From Candidatus Kapaibacterium sp. (GTDB lineage: Bacteria > Verrucomicrobiota > Verrucomicrobiia > Limisphaerales > UBA9464), in contig JBIIUN010000001.1 of assembly GCA_044339945.1 (NCBI GenBank), positions 1-45,720 on the forward strand: a stretch of 45,720 bases of DNA, given 5' to 3'. Position 1 is the stretch's first letter. Every line of letters starts with the position of its first letter. Below are positions 1-7,942 of the stretch, piece after piece. The translations under genes and the position numbers were made by a program. Under the pieces are notes generated by a model, which was given only the letters and a program-made list of their open reading frames with translations, had not been told where the DNA came from and did no database searches.

Positions 1-1440
1 CACCACCGATCCGATCGCGCAGCAGGCCTACCTCAAGGCCAGCAATACCGGCGCGAATGACTGGTTCGCCTTGTCGGTGGCCGTGTCCGGCGACACGGTG
101 GTCGTTGGGGCCCCCAGTGAAGCCAGCAACGCCACCGGCGTGAATGGCAACGAGGCCGACAATAGCGTCAGGGATGCCGGCGCGGTCTACGTCTTCGTGC
201 GGAGCGGCACGGGCTGGACCCAGCAGGCCTACCTCAAGGCCAGCAATACCGATGTGGGTGACTTCTTCGGCGGGTCGGTGGCGGTGTCGGGCGACACGGT
301 GGTCGTCGGGGCTCGCGAGGAAGCCAGCAACGCCACCGGCGTGAACGGCAACCAAGCCGACAACAGCTCCCCCAGTGCCGGTGCGGCCTACGTGTTTGTG
401 CGGAGCGGAACGGACTGGACCCAACAGGCCTACCTCAAGGCCAGCAATACCGATGTGGGTGACTTCTTCGGCGGGTCGGTGGCGGTTTCGGGCAACACGA
501 TGGTCGTCGGGGCCTTTAGGGAAGACAGCAACGCCACCGGCGCGAACGGCAACCAAGGTAACAACGGCTTTCTCGGTGGCGATTCCGGCGCGGCCTACGT
601 GTTCGTGCGGAGCGGCAAGGACTGGAGCCAGCAGGCCTATCTCAAGGCCAGCAATACCGGGCAGCATGACTTCTTCGGCGAGTCGGTGGCGGTTTCGGGC
701 GACACGGTGGTCGTCGGGGCTAGCTATGAAGCCAGCAACGGCACCGGCGTGAACGGCAACCAAGCCGACAACAGCGCCTCCAGTGCTGGCGCGGCCTACG
801 TGTTTGTGCGGAGCGGAACGGGCTGGACCCAGCAGGCTTACCTCAAGGCCAGCAACGCCGGGGCGACTGACTTCTTCGGCGAGTCGGTGTCGGTGTCGGG
901 CGACACGGTGGTCGTCGGGGCTCGCGAGGAAGCCAGCAACGCCACCGGCGTGAACGGCAGACAAGGCAACAACCGTGCCCTCAGTGCCGGCGCGGCCTAT
1001 GTGTTTGTGCGGAGCGGCACGGACTGGACCCAGCAGGCCTACCTCAAGGCCAGCAATACCGGCGTGGGTGACCGGTTTGGCGGGTCGGTGGCAGTGTCGG
1101 GCGACACGGTGGTCGTGGGGGCGCCGTTTGAATACAGCAACGCCACCGGCGTGAACGCCCCGCCCACGGGCGGCACCGGGACTCAGGCCGACAACAGCGC
1201 CGGCGATTCCGGCGCGGCCTACGTGTTTGTGCGGAGCGGCACGGACTGGACTCAGCAGGCCTTCCTAAAGGCCAGCAATACCGGGGCGAATGACCGGTTC
1301 GGCGGGGCGGTGGCGGTGTCGGGCGACACTGTGGTCGTCGGGGGCGCTGGGGAAGGCAGCAACGCCTCCGGCGTGAACGGCAACCAAGCCAACAACAGCT
1401 TCAGCGATGCTGGGGCGGCCTACCTCTTCACCGGTGTGGG
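1..1440. repeat. Tandem ~200-nt coding repeats (period ~200-222 nt, at least 7 full units)
   Basis: The string caggcctacctcaaggccagcaataccg recurs near 24, 224, 424, 632, 832, 1032 and 1254. Long stretches between copies are near-identical at the DNA level. Confidence 0.85.
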
Positions 1441-1690
1441 CCCGGTCACGCCACCCGTGGCCGGCCTGACGCTCCGACTCGCGCCCGGGGCTGGCGGCGA
1501 ACGGCGCTTCATCGCGACGGGCATCCCCGGGGGTGCCCACCGGCTTCAAGCCGCCGCGGCCATCGCCGGCCCGTGGACCGACGTGCCCGGAGCCGCGGCC
1601 GCCGGGACCGCCGCCGCCAACGGGGAACTCCTGCTCGAGGACGCCACCCCGCCCAGCGACACCATCTTCTACCGCGCGATCGGTCCGTGA
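1..1690 (+). CDS. FG-GAP_2-type beta-propeller repeat protein, 5'-partial (runs off the window start)
   Basis: Frame 2 is open from base 2 (TTDPIAQQAYLKASNTGANDWFALSVAVSGDTVVVGA...), so tracked ORF 71..1690 is only the part after an internal TTG. There are at least 8 copies of a ~67-aa unit, AYLKASNTxxxDxFGxSVAVSGDTVVVGAxxEASNATGVNGNQxDNSxxxAGAAYVFVRSGTxWTQQ. The FGxSVAxSGDTxVVGA core is the FG-GAP_2/integrin-alpha-like blade signature. A non-repeat C-terminal domain of ~80 aa follows. Confidence 0.8.
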   Translation, partial: TTDPIAQQAYLKASNTGANDWFALSVAVSGDTVVVGAPSEASNATGVNGNEADNSVRDAGAVYVFVRSGTGWTQQAYLKASNTDVGDFFGGSVAVSGDTVVVGAREEASNATGVNGNQADNSSPSAGAAYVFVRSGTDWTQQAYLKASNTDVGDFFGGSVAVSGNTMVVGAFREDSNATGANGNQGNNGFLGGDSGAAYVFVRSGKDWSQQAYLKASNTGQHDFFGESVAVSGDTVVVGASYEASNGTGVNGNQADNSASSAGAAYVFVRSGTGWTQQAYLKASNAGATDFFGESVSVSGDTVVVGAREEASNATGVNGRQGNNRALSAGAAYVFVRSGTDWTQQAYLKASNTGVGDRFGGSVAVSGDTVVVGAPFEYSNATGVNAPPTGGTGTQADNSAGDSGAAYVFVRSGTDWTQQAFLKASNTGANDRFGGAVAVSGDTVVVGGAGEGSNASGVNGNQANNSFSDAGAAYLFTGVGPVTPPVAGLTLRLAPGAGGERRFIATGIPGGAHRLQAAAAIAGPWTDVPGAAAAGTAAANGELLLEDATPPSDTIFYRAIGP

Positions 1691-1742
1691 ACCCGCTGCC
1701 GTGGTTGGGCGCAGTCGCCGGGGGGCCGCGACTTGGCCGGAG

Positions 1743-2317
1743 TCACAGCCTGGCACCCCCACCCGCCCGGAACTGCGTCGGGGTCACCCCGGTCAGGGCA
1801 CGGAAGGTCCGGGTGAAGGCGCTGTGGTCGTAGAAGCCGCACGCCAGCGCGATGCCGGCGACGGATTGGTCCGTCTCCCGCAGCAGGCGCGACGCGGCGG
1901 CGACCCGGGCCTTCGCGATGAACTGGCTGGGGGTGAGCCCGAAGAACCGTTTCATCCGGCGCGCAAAGCGGGGCGGGGCCGGATTAGCGCATCGGACACA
2001 GTCACATCGCCCCGTTCGTCCTCCTCGCCGCCAGTGAGGTTCTGGTGGCGGATTCCGGTGGCCGTGGGGAAGTATCCGTGGGCGCCGACAAACACACCGA
2101 AGTCATTCCCACCCACGAGCTGCCCGCCGGCAAAGCGCACTTCTGCGGGCGTCTCGAACAGGTTCCACCACCACCGGCCGAGTGCCCGGGGGTTGGTTGC
2201 TGGAGTCAGGCGCAGGTCGAACGACCGCATGGCCACCCTCGGATGGCATTGAGCCGGGGCGAACGTCCTGCCGGAATGTCCCGAAACGGGCTGACGCAGC
2301 GGCTCCGGCGCCGGCAA
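1743..2317 (-). pseudogene. AraC/XylS-family transcriptional regulator, apparently frameshifted
   Basis: Two abutting minus-strand ORFs lie in different frames (1952..2317 and 1743..1955, ATGA overlap). The downstream ORF is the second half of an AraC HTH domain (FGLTPSQFIAKARVAAASRLLRETDQSVAGIALACGFYDHSAFTRTFRALTGVTPTQFR). The upstream ORF ends ...GDVTVSDALIRP, which reads like the start of HTH-1. The downstream frame stays open upstream as ...PAPPRFARRMKRFFG. One indel in the C/G-run near 1970-1985 would fuse them. Confidence 0.55.
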
Positions 2318-2321
2318 ATAG

Positions 2322-2678
2322 GCTTTCGGGGCGACGCCCTCGCCAGTCGCACCGTCAGGTGCTGTCCCGGATGTCTTCCAGAAGACGATTTGGCCGATCT
2401 TCGAGCGGAAATGTGTCCAGTGCCACGGTCCGGAGAAGCAGAAGTCGCGTTATCGCCTGGACGACCGTGAAGCCGCCCTGCGGGGCGGGGCCAGTGGGAA
2501 GGCGGCCATCGTGCCCGGCGAGCCGTTGACGAGTCCTCTCGTGCAGGCGCTGCTGCTGCCGGCAGATCGCGACGAAGCGATGCCTCCCGAAGGCAAGGAC
2601 CGGCTCTCGGACTCCGAGGTGATGGCCGTGATCCGCTGGATTCAGGGGGGAGCGCCTTTCGGGCCTGACCAACGCTGA
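2322..2678 (+). pseudogene. Orphan PSCyt1 (planctomycete cytochrome c) domain fragment with no start codon or signal peptide
   Basis: This reading frame is not in the ORF track. It runs from upstream stop TAG 2319-2321 to stop TGA 2676-2678: AFGATPSPVAPSGAVPDVFQKTIWPIFERKCVQCHGPEKQKSRYRLDDREAALRGGASGKAAIVPGEPLTSPLVQALLLPADRDEAMPPEGKDRLSDSEVMAVIRWIQGGAPFGPDQR. It has a CxxCH heme motif and the MPP...L..E...I..WI..GA tail typical of PSCyt1. There is no ATG, GTG or TTG before the domain. Confidence 0.55.
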
Positions 2679-2771
2679 CCGCCGGGATCCATTGCGGCCG
2701 GGTAGGTTCCAGGTCTGTCGCGGATGTGCGACACGCTTGCGATCGACCTCGGTCGTCGGCCAGCTTCCGGA

Positions 2772-4676
2772 ATGCTGGCTGCGCGACGTTCGTGGATCCT
2801 TTTTCTCCTCGCCCTCGGTTTGCTCATGTCGCAACGGGCGGCGGCAGCGCTCCACCTAACCACCCCGGCGGACTTCCAGGTGTTTCAACGCGCCACGGCC
2901 GAGCGCGGCGCCGTTCGCGTCGCGGGACAAATCATCGACGCACCTACGGGCAAGGTGTCCGTGGAGGTCCAGTTGACGGGTGCCGCGGCCGACCGCGCCT
3001 GGCGTTGGGTCGCTGACCTGGGCGCCGACGGCAAAAGCTTCGCCGGTGAGTTCGCGGCGCCGGCGGGCGGCTGGTATCAGCTCAACCTCCGGGTGGTGCG
3101 GGACGGCTTGCCCGTGGCGGACACAAACGTCGCCCATGTCGGCGTGGGCGAGGTGTTCGTGGTGGCGGGCCAGTCGAACTCGGCGAACCACGGCGAGGAG
3201 AAGCTGTCGCCCGCGAGCGATCAGGTCGTGGCGTTTTCCGGAACGGCGTGGCAACCGGCCCGCGATCCGCAACCGGGCGCGTCGGGCGGGGGCGGAAGTT
3301 TCCTGCCGCCATTCGGCGACGCGCTGGCGGCGCACTTCCGTGTGCCCATCGGCCTCGTGTCGGTGGGCGTCGGCGCAACGAGCGTGCGGGAATGGCTGCC
3401 ACGCGGGACGCGATTCCGCCAGCCGCCCACGCTCACGGGCAACGTCACGCAGCTCCCGTCGGGCGAATGGGAAAGCACCGGCACGCTCTTCGCCAACCTG
3501 ACGGCTCGGCTGCGGCAGCTCGGGCCGAACGGCTTCCGGGCGGTGCTCTGGCATCAGGGCGAATCGGACGCGAACCAGCCCGATCCGGCCCGCACGTTGC
3601 CGGGCGAACTTTACCGGAGGTTTCTGGAACAGCTCATCGGCGAATCGCGGCGCGCGGTGGGCTGGGAGTTCCCGTGGTTCGTCGCGCAGGTCAGCTACCA
3701 CACGCCCGACGATCCGGGTTCGCCCGACCTCCGCGCCGCGCAAGCCGCGCTCTGGCGGGACGGCATCGCCTTGCCCGGTCCGGACACCGACGCGCTCACC
3801 GGCGACTTGCGGGACGGCGGCGGCAAGGGCGTTCACTTCAGCGGCAAAGGCCAACGGGTTCACGGCGCGAAGTGGGCGGAAGCGGTGACGCCGTGGTTGG
3901 GCTGGCAACTGGCGACCGCCGGTCCGGCCAGCCCGGCCACGCGGCTCAATCTGCCTCGCACGGAGAACCTCAAGGTCGCGGGCCGTCCGGCATTTGTGTT
4001 CCTGCCGCCGGCGAACCTCCGAACCAACCCGCAACCGTGGGTGCTCTACGCGCCCACGCTGCCGCCGTATCCGGACGAGGCGGAACGCTGGATGCACGAG
4101 CGTTTCCTCGCCGCGGGCGTCGCCGTCGCGGGCGTGGATGTCGGCGAGGCCTACGGCAGTCCTGGCAGCCACGTGGCGTTTGCCGCGCTGTATCGGGAAC
4201 TGGCCGCACGCCACGGATTCGCTGCCAAGCCGTGTGTCCTCGCCCGCAGCCGCGGCGGCCTGATGCTGGGCAGTTGGGCCGCCGCGAACCCCGACCGCGT
4301 GGCCGGGCTCGCTGGAATCTACCCGGTGTTCGACTTCCGCTCGTATCCCGGACTCGACCGCGCCGCGCCGGCCTACGGACTCACCGCGGCCGAACTCGGC
4401 GAGCGCGCCGCCGAATTCAATCCCGTGGCCCGCGCCAGCCTCCTCGCCCGGGCGGGCGTGCCCGCATTCCTGCTGCACGGCGACGTGGACACCGTGGTGC
4501 CGCTCCCGGCGAACTCCGGCGCCTTCGCCACCAAATATGGCGAGGCCAGCGCCGCGGCTGCGGTAAAACTCGTCGTGCTGCCGGGCCAGGGGCACAACAT
4601 GTTCGGGAGTTTCTTCCGGTCTCAGGAACTGGTGGACTTCGTCATCGCGAAGGCGAGGGAAGGCGGAAACCGCTAA
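2772..4676 (+). CDS. Secreted two-domain esterase: SASA/DUF303 (sialate O-acetylesterase-like SGNH) N-half fused to an alpha/beta-hydrolase C-half
   Basis: VFVVAGQSNSANHG and LWHQGESDA blocks mark the SASA domain. LARSRGGLMLG ... LLHGDVDTVVP ... LPGQGHN gives the Ser-Asp-His order of an alpha/beta hydrolase. The signal-like MLAARRSWILFLLALGLLMSQRAAAA begins at ATG 2772 (the tracked ORF starts at 2724). Confidence 0.8.
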   Translation: MLAARRSWILFLLALGLLMSQRAAAALHLTTPADFQVFQRATAERGAVRVAGQIIDAPTGKVSVEVQLTGAAADRAWRWVADLGADGKSFAGEFAAPAGGWYQLNLRVVRDGLPVADTNVAHVGVGEVFVVAGQSNSANHGEEKLSPASDQVVAFSGTAWQPARDPQPGASGGGGSFLPPFGDALAAHFRVPIGLVSVGVGATSVREWLPRGTRFRQPPTLTGNVTQLPSGEWESTGTLFANLTARLRQLGPNGFRAVLWHQGESDANQPDPARTLPGELYRRFLEQLIGESRRAVGWEFPWFVAQVSYHTPDDPGSPDLRAAQAALWRDGIALPGPDTDALTGDLRDGGGKGVHFSGKGQRVHGAKWAEAVTPWLGWQLATAGPASPATRLNLPRTENLKVAGRPAFVFLPPANLRTNPQPWVLYAPTLPPYPDEAERWMHERFLAAGVAVAGVDVGEAYGSPGSHVAFAALYRELAARHGFAAKPCVLARSRGGLMLGSWAAANPDRVAGLAGIYPVFDFRSYPGLDRAAPAYGLTAAELGERAAEFNPVARASLLARAGVPAFLLHGDVDTVVPLPANSGAFATKYGEASAAAAVKLVVLPGQGHNMFGSFFRSQELVDFVIAKAREGGNR

Positions 4677-4825
4677 GCGCGCGGCGGAGCCAGGCCCGCT
4701 GAAAGGGGCGCCACGACGGAACCTTCCGCGGTGATCTCCCCCGGCACCGAGTTGCTCCATGCGCTTTCCTTCCAAGCCTGCCGGCCCTGCCAGTTGCAAT
4801 CTGGCAGCACTTTCGAACTCCGACC

Positions 4826-5821
4826 TTGTTTGCCGGTCTGTCTCGGCGAACCTCCGGCCACCAGAATCACACTCCCGCCTTGAGCGCCTTGCTGACACCA
4901 GAACTTCTCCGCCGCCTTGAGCAGGTCCAGATGCTCGCGGCGCGGCGTGCCAAGAGTTCGCTCAAGGGCGAGCGCCGCAGCAAGGCCCGCGGCCTGAGCG
5001 TGGAATTCGCCGACCACCGGAACTACGTCCTCGGCGACGACCTGCGTTACCTCGACTGGAACCTCTTCGGCCGCCTCGACCGCCTGTTCCTCAAGCTCTA
5101 CGAGGAAGAACGTGAACTGCCGGTCCGCATCTTCCTCGATGCCAGCGAGAGCATGAATTTCGGCGAGCTCTCGAAGTTTGATTTCGCCCGTCAGATGGCC
5201 GCCGCGGTCGGCTACGTCGCCCTGTGCGGCTTCGACCGGGTGACGGTGAACACATTTCCGAGTGCCGATTTGCGATTTGCGAATGGCCAAGGCGCCGACG
5301 CTCGGGCAATCGGCAATCGGCAATCGGCCTTCGAAAACTCCCTGCGCTCCGTCCGCGGCAAGAAGTCCGCGATGCAGTTCTTCCAGAACCTCACCGGCCT
5401 GACCGCCGGCGGCACGGCCGACTTCAACGGTGCCCTCAAGCGCGGCGCGATGGAAGCCCGCCAGGCCGGCGTCGCGGTGGTGCTCAGCGATTTTCTCGAT
5501 CCAGCCGGTTACGAGGCTGGCCTGACCGCGCTGGTCGGACGCGGTTTCCAGATCAACTGCGTGCAGATCCTCGCGCCCGAGGAACTCGACCCGACGACCT
5601 TCGGCGACCTGCGGCTGGTGGATGCCGAATCGGGCTTCGAGCAGGAGGTCACCTTTGGCAAATACCGGCTCAAGGCCTACCAGCAGACCGTGGCCAACTA
5701 CATCCAGCGACTCCGCGAATACTGCGCCGGCCGCGGCATTCGTTTCTTCAGCGTCAGCAGCGCCACGGACCTGGGCGACCTGCTGCTGAAACAGCTCCGG
5801 GCGTCGGAGGTGTGGGCATGA
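4826..5821 (+). CDS. DUF58 domain protein (MoxR-associated, vWA-like)
   Basis: KARGLSVEFADHRNYVLGDDLRYLDWNLFGRLDRLFLKLYEEERELPVRIFLDASESM is the classic DUF58 core. The start is the TTG given by the track. Confidence 0.85.
   Translation: MFAGLSRRTSGHQNHTPALSALLTPELLRRLEQVQMLAARRAKSSLKGERRSKARGLSVEFADHRNYVLGDDLRYLDWNLFGRLDRLFLKLYEEERELPVRIFLDASESMNFGELSKFDFARQMAAAVGYVALCGFDRVTVNTFPSADLRFANGQGADARAIGNRQSAFENSLRSVRGKKSAMQFFQNLTGLTAGGTADFNGALKRGAMEARQAGVAVVLSDFLDPAGYEAGLTALVGRGFQINCVQILAPEELDPTTFGDLRLVDAESGFEQEVTFGKYRLKAYQQTVANYIQRLREYCAGRGIRFFSVSSATDLGDLLLKQLRASEVWA
5264..5329. repeat. In-frame palindromic heptamer-repeat insertion inside the DUF58 CDS (66 nt)
   Basis: The sequence is gccgatt tgcgatt tgcgaat gg - GC-rich spacer - gggcaatc ggcaatc ggcaatc ggcc. 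The outer 7 nt GCCGATT/AATCGGC are perfectly complementary and the inner units pair at 5 of 7 positions. It encodes ADLRFANGQGADARAIGNRQSA. Confidence 0.6.
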
Positions 5822-5830
5822 CGCAGATGC

Positions 5831-5915
5831 GAACAGCGAAGATGCGAAGGCGCGAAGAAACTTGCACACCTTCGTGTCTTCGCGCCTTCGCTGTTCAAAT
5901 CTCTCCGTTTCTCCA
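5831..5915. repeat. Family-C repeat, hairpin doublet (gaacagcgaagatgcgaaggcgcgaag ... cttcgcgccttcgctgttcaaatc)
   Basis: 5831-5857 is the exact reverse complement of 7901-7927. 5878-5915 is a direct copy of 7900-7942, minus an 8-nt atcttcgc unit. Confidence 0.75.
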
Positions 5916-5939
5916 AGGCCTCGGCGCAACCTCCCTTTC

Positions 5940-7178
5940 ATGAATCGAAGCGACCAAAATCCGGCATGGAGCCGGCGATCGTTCGTGGTCCAAGGCATGA
6001 CCGCAGCCTTAAGCGCAGCGGCGTTGTCGCGCGGGCTCGCCGCCGACTCCATCACCCTGCCCTTCGCCAATGGCGAGCGGCCGCTGGTGAAGTATCCGCA
6101 GAAGCGTCCGCTCATCCGGCTCACCACGCGGCCGCCGCAGTTGGAGACGCCCTTCAGCGTCTTCAACGAAAGCCTGCTCACGCCGAACGACGCCTTCTAC
6201 GTCCGCTATCACCTGACCAATTCGCCGCCCAAGCCCGAGGCGCTCCAGCCGGACCAGTTCCGCCTGACGGTTAAGGGCAAGGTCGCGACGCCGCTCACGC
6301 TGTCGGTCGAGGAGCTGAAGACGCGTTTCGAGAATGCCGAGGTCGTCGCGGTGAACCAGTGCTCCGGCAACAGCCGCGGCTTCTTCCAACCGCGCGTGCA
6401 GGGCGGTCAGCTCGGCCACGGCGCGATGGGCTGCGCCCGCTGGCGCGGCGTGCGCCTGGCAGACGTGCTCAAGGCCGCCGGACTTGATGCCTCGGCGAAA
6501 CAGGTCGCCTTCAACGGCCTCGACACGCCCTTCCTGCCCGCGACGCCGGACTTCCTGAAGGCCATCGACGTGGACCAGGCGCTGGACCCGGAAATCCTGC
6601 TGGCCTTCGAGCAGAACGGCGAGCCCCTGCCCTGGCTCAACGGCTTCCCGCTGCGGCTCGTCGTGCCCGGCCACTACGGCACCTACTGGATCAAGCACCT
6701 GCACGAGATCACAGTCACCGACGCGGAGTTCAAGGGCTTCTTCATGAACCCCGGCTACCGCATCCCCGACGATCCGTGCGCCGCCATCGAGCCGGGCACT
6801 ACGCCCAAACGCACCGTGCCGATCTCCCGCTTCAACGTGCGGTCGTTCATCACGAGCGTGGAGGCTGGCGCGACGCTCAAGGCCGGTGTCCAGACGCTGG
6901 TCCGCGGCATCGCCTTCGACGACGGCCACGGCATCCGCGAAGTCGTGTTCTCGGCGGACGGCGGCCGTTCGTGGCGCGCGGCGGAACTCGGCAAGCCGGT
7001 GGACAAATTCGCCTTCCGCGAGTGGACCGTCGCCTTCACGCCGGAACGTGCCGGTCCGCTCACCCTGATGGCCAAGGCCACGAACCGCCTCGGCCAATCC
7101 CAGCCGCTGGAACCGCTCTGGAATCCGGCCGGCTACATGCGCAACTGCGTCGAACCCATTTCCGTCCATGTCGCCTAA
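5940..7178 (+). CDS. sorA: Sulfite dehydrogenase/sulfite oxidase-family molybdopterin subunit (SorA-like), Tat-exported
   Basis: A twin-arginine N-terminus, MNRSDQNPAWSRRSFVVQGMTAALSAAALSRGLAA, starts at ATG 5940. The Mo-ligand Cys block is VAVNQCSGNSRGFF. A C-terminal Mo-co dimerisation-type domain follows. The gene pairs with a small cytochrome c gene. Confidence 0.8.
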   Translation: MNRSDQNPAWSRRSFVVQGMTAALSAAALSRGLAADSITLPFANGERPLVKYPQKRPLIRLTTRPPQLETPFSVFNESLLTPNDAFYVRYHLTNSPPKPEALQPDQFRLTVKGKVATPLTLSVEELKTRFENAEVVAVNQCSGNSRGFFQPRVQGGQLGHGAMGCARWRGVRLADVLKAAGLDASAKQVAFNGLDTPFLPATPDFLKAIDVDQALDPEILLAFEQNGEPLPWLNGFPLRLVVPGHYGTYWIKHLHEITVTDAEFKGFFMNPGYRIPDDPCAAIEPGTTPKRTVPISRFNVRSFITSVEAGATLKAGVQTLVRGIAFDDGHGIREVVFSADGGRSWRAAELGKPVDKFAFREWTVAFTPERAGPLTLMAKATNRLGQSQPLEPLWNPAGYMRNCVEPISVHVA

Positions 7179-7545
7179 GCTCCGACTCAAGCTCACCCGC
7201 TTCGCCGTGCGCCGCCTCGTCGCGGCCTTCTGCGTGCTCACCGCGCCGCTCGCCGAAATCCCGGTCGAGCCCGCGAAGAACCCCTTCGCCGCCGACGCGT
7301 GGAAGCTGCCCGAAGGCCAGCCCGCCTTCCGCGCCGGCCCCGACGCCGACCTCGTGACGAACAACTGCCTGCTCTGTCATTCTGCGGACTACGTGGCGAC
7401 CCAGCCGCCGCTGACCCGCGCCCAATGGCAGGCCGGCGTGGAGAAAATGCGCGGCAAATTCGGCGCCCCGATCACGACGAACAACGTGCCCGCCCTGGTG
7501 GAGTATCTGACGAAGAACTACGGCAAAGAGAATCCGGCGAAGTGA
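7168..7545 (+). CDS. sorB: Monoheme cytochrome c subunit (SorB-like)
   Basis: Overlaps sorA by 11 nt. It has a signal peptide and a single CLLCH heme-binding motif, and is a small periplasmic-type protein. Confidence 0.75.
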   Translation: MSPKLRLKLTRFAVRRLVAAFCVLTAPLAEIPVEPAKNPFAADAWKLPEGQPAFRAGPDADLVTNNCLLCHSADYVATQPPLTRAQWQAGVEKMRGKFGAPITTNNVPALVEYLTKNYGKENPAK

Positions 7546-7589
7546 TGAACCTTGCGCGTCCAACACCGGTGAAGTCGGGGAGAAGGGTG

Positions 7590-7799
7590 GCTAGCCCGCC
7601 CTCACCCCGGCCCTCTCCCCCGGGGAGAGGGAGAAAGTCACGACGCGTGTTTTCGTCGTCACGCGAAGGTCTTCGATTCAGCGCCATTTCATCCGGGCAA
7701 ACCCGACGCAGTCCTCGGCCGCCCGGCTTGTGGAGTCTCGGGGCAAACGCGGGCTGCCCCCTCTCCCCGGGGGAGAGGGCCGGGGTGAGTGCGGGCAGC
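7590..7799. repeat. Family-A REPIN/MITE-like element (~210 bp) with ~40-bp terminal inverted repeats
   Basis: The left end is gctagcccgccctcaccccggccctctcccccggggagaggg. The right end ccctctccccgggggagagggccggggtgagtgcgggcagc is its reverse complement. Each end contains its own palindrome, ccctctcccc-c-ggggagaggg. The interior shares cttcgattcagc and gtcctcggc blocks with the copy at 13311-13525. Confidence 0.8.
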
Positions 7800-7847
7800 A
7801 ACACACTTCTTACAGCCACGGTTTCGGCAGTCTGTGATTTGGCCCCT

Positions 7848-7870
7848 CGCGGCTCAGAGAGCCGCGCTCC
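7848..7870. repeat. Family-B hairpin repeat, single copy (cgcggctc-aga-gagccgcg + ctcc)
   Basis: An 8-bp stem with a 3-nt loop. The same unit occurs twice at 11633-11712. Confidence 0.7.
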
Positions 7871-7898
7871 CGACGCCAATTCCCCCTGCCCACTCCCG

Positions 7899-7942
7899 CC
7901 TTCGCGCCTTCGCATCTTCGCTGTTCAATCCACCGTTTCCTC
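7899..7942. repeat. Family-C repeat, single arm, immediately upstream of the BatA-like start
   Basis: ccttcgcgccttcgcatcttcgctgttcaatccaccgtttcc matches 5878-5915 in direct orientation and 5831-5857 in inverse orientation. Confidence 0.75.

Noticed and set aside
2856-4898. Very long antisense or alternate-frame ORFs throughout the GC-rich parts. Examples: 2856..4898 (680 aa), 6009..7364, 7925..9211, 11668..12573, 14815..16689, 16696..17985, 18096..19352, 40622..42886, 43142..44176, 43858..44745.
   Set aside because: All lie opposite or out of frame to genes with clear family signatures. Their translations are Arg/Ala/Gly/Pro-rich low-complexity strings with no motifs. Stop-codon depletion in >65% GC DNA produces such shadow ORFs.
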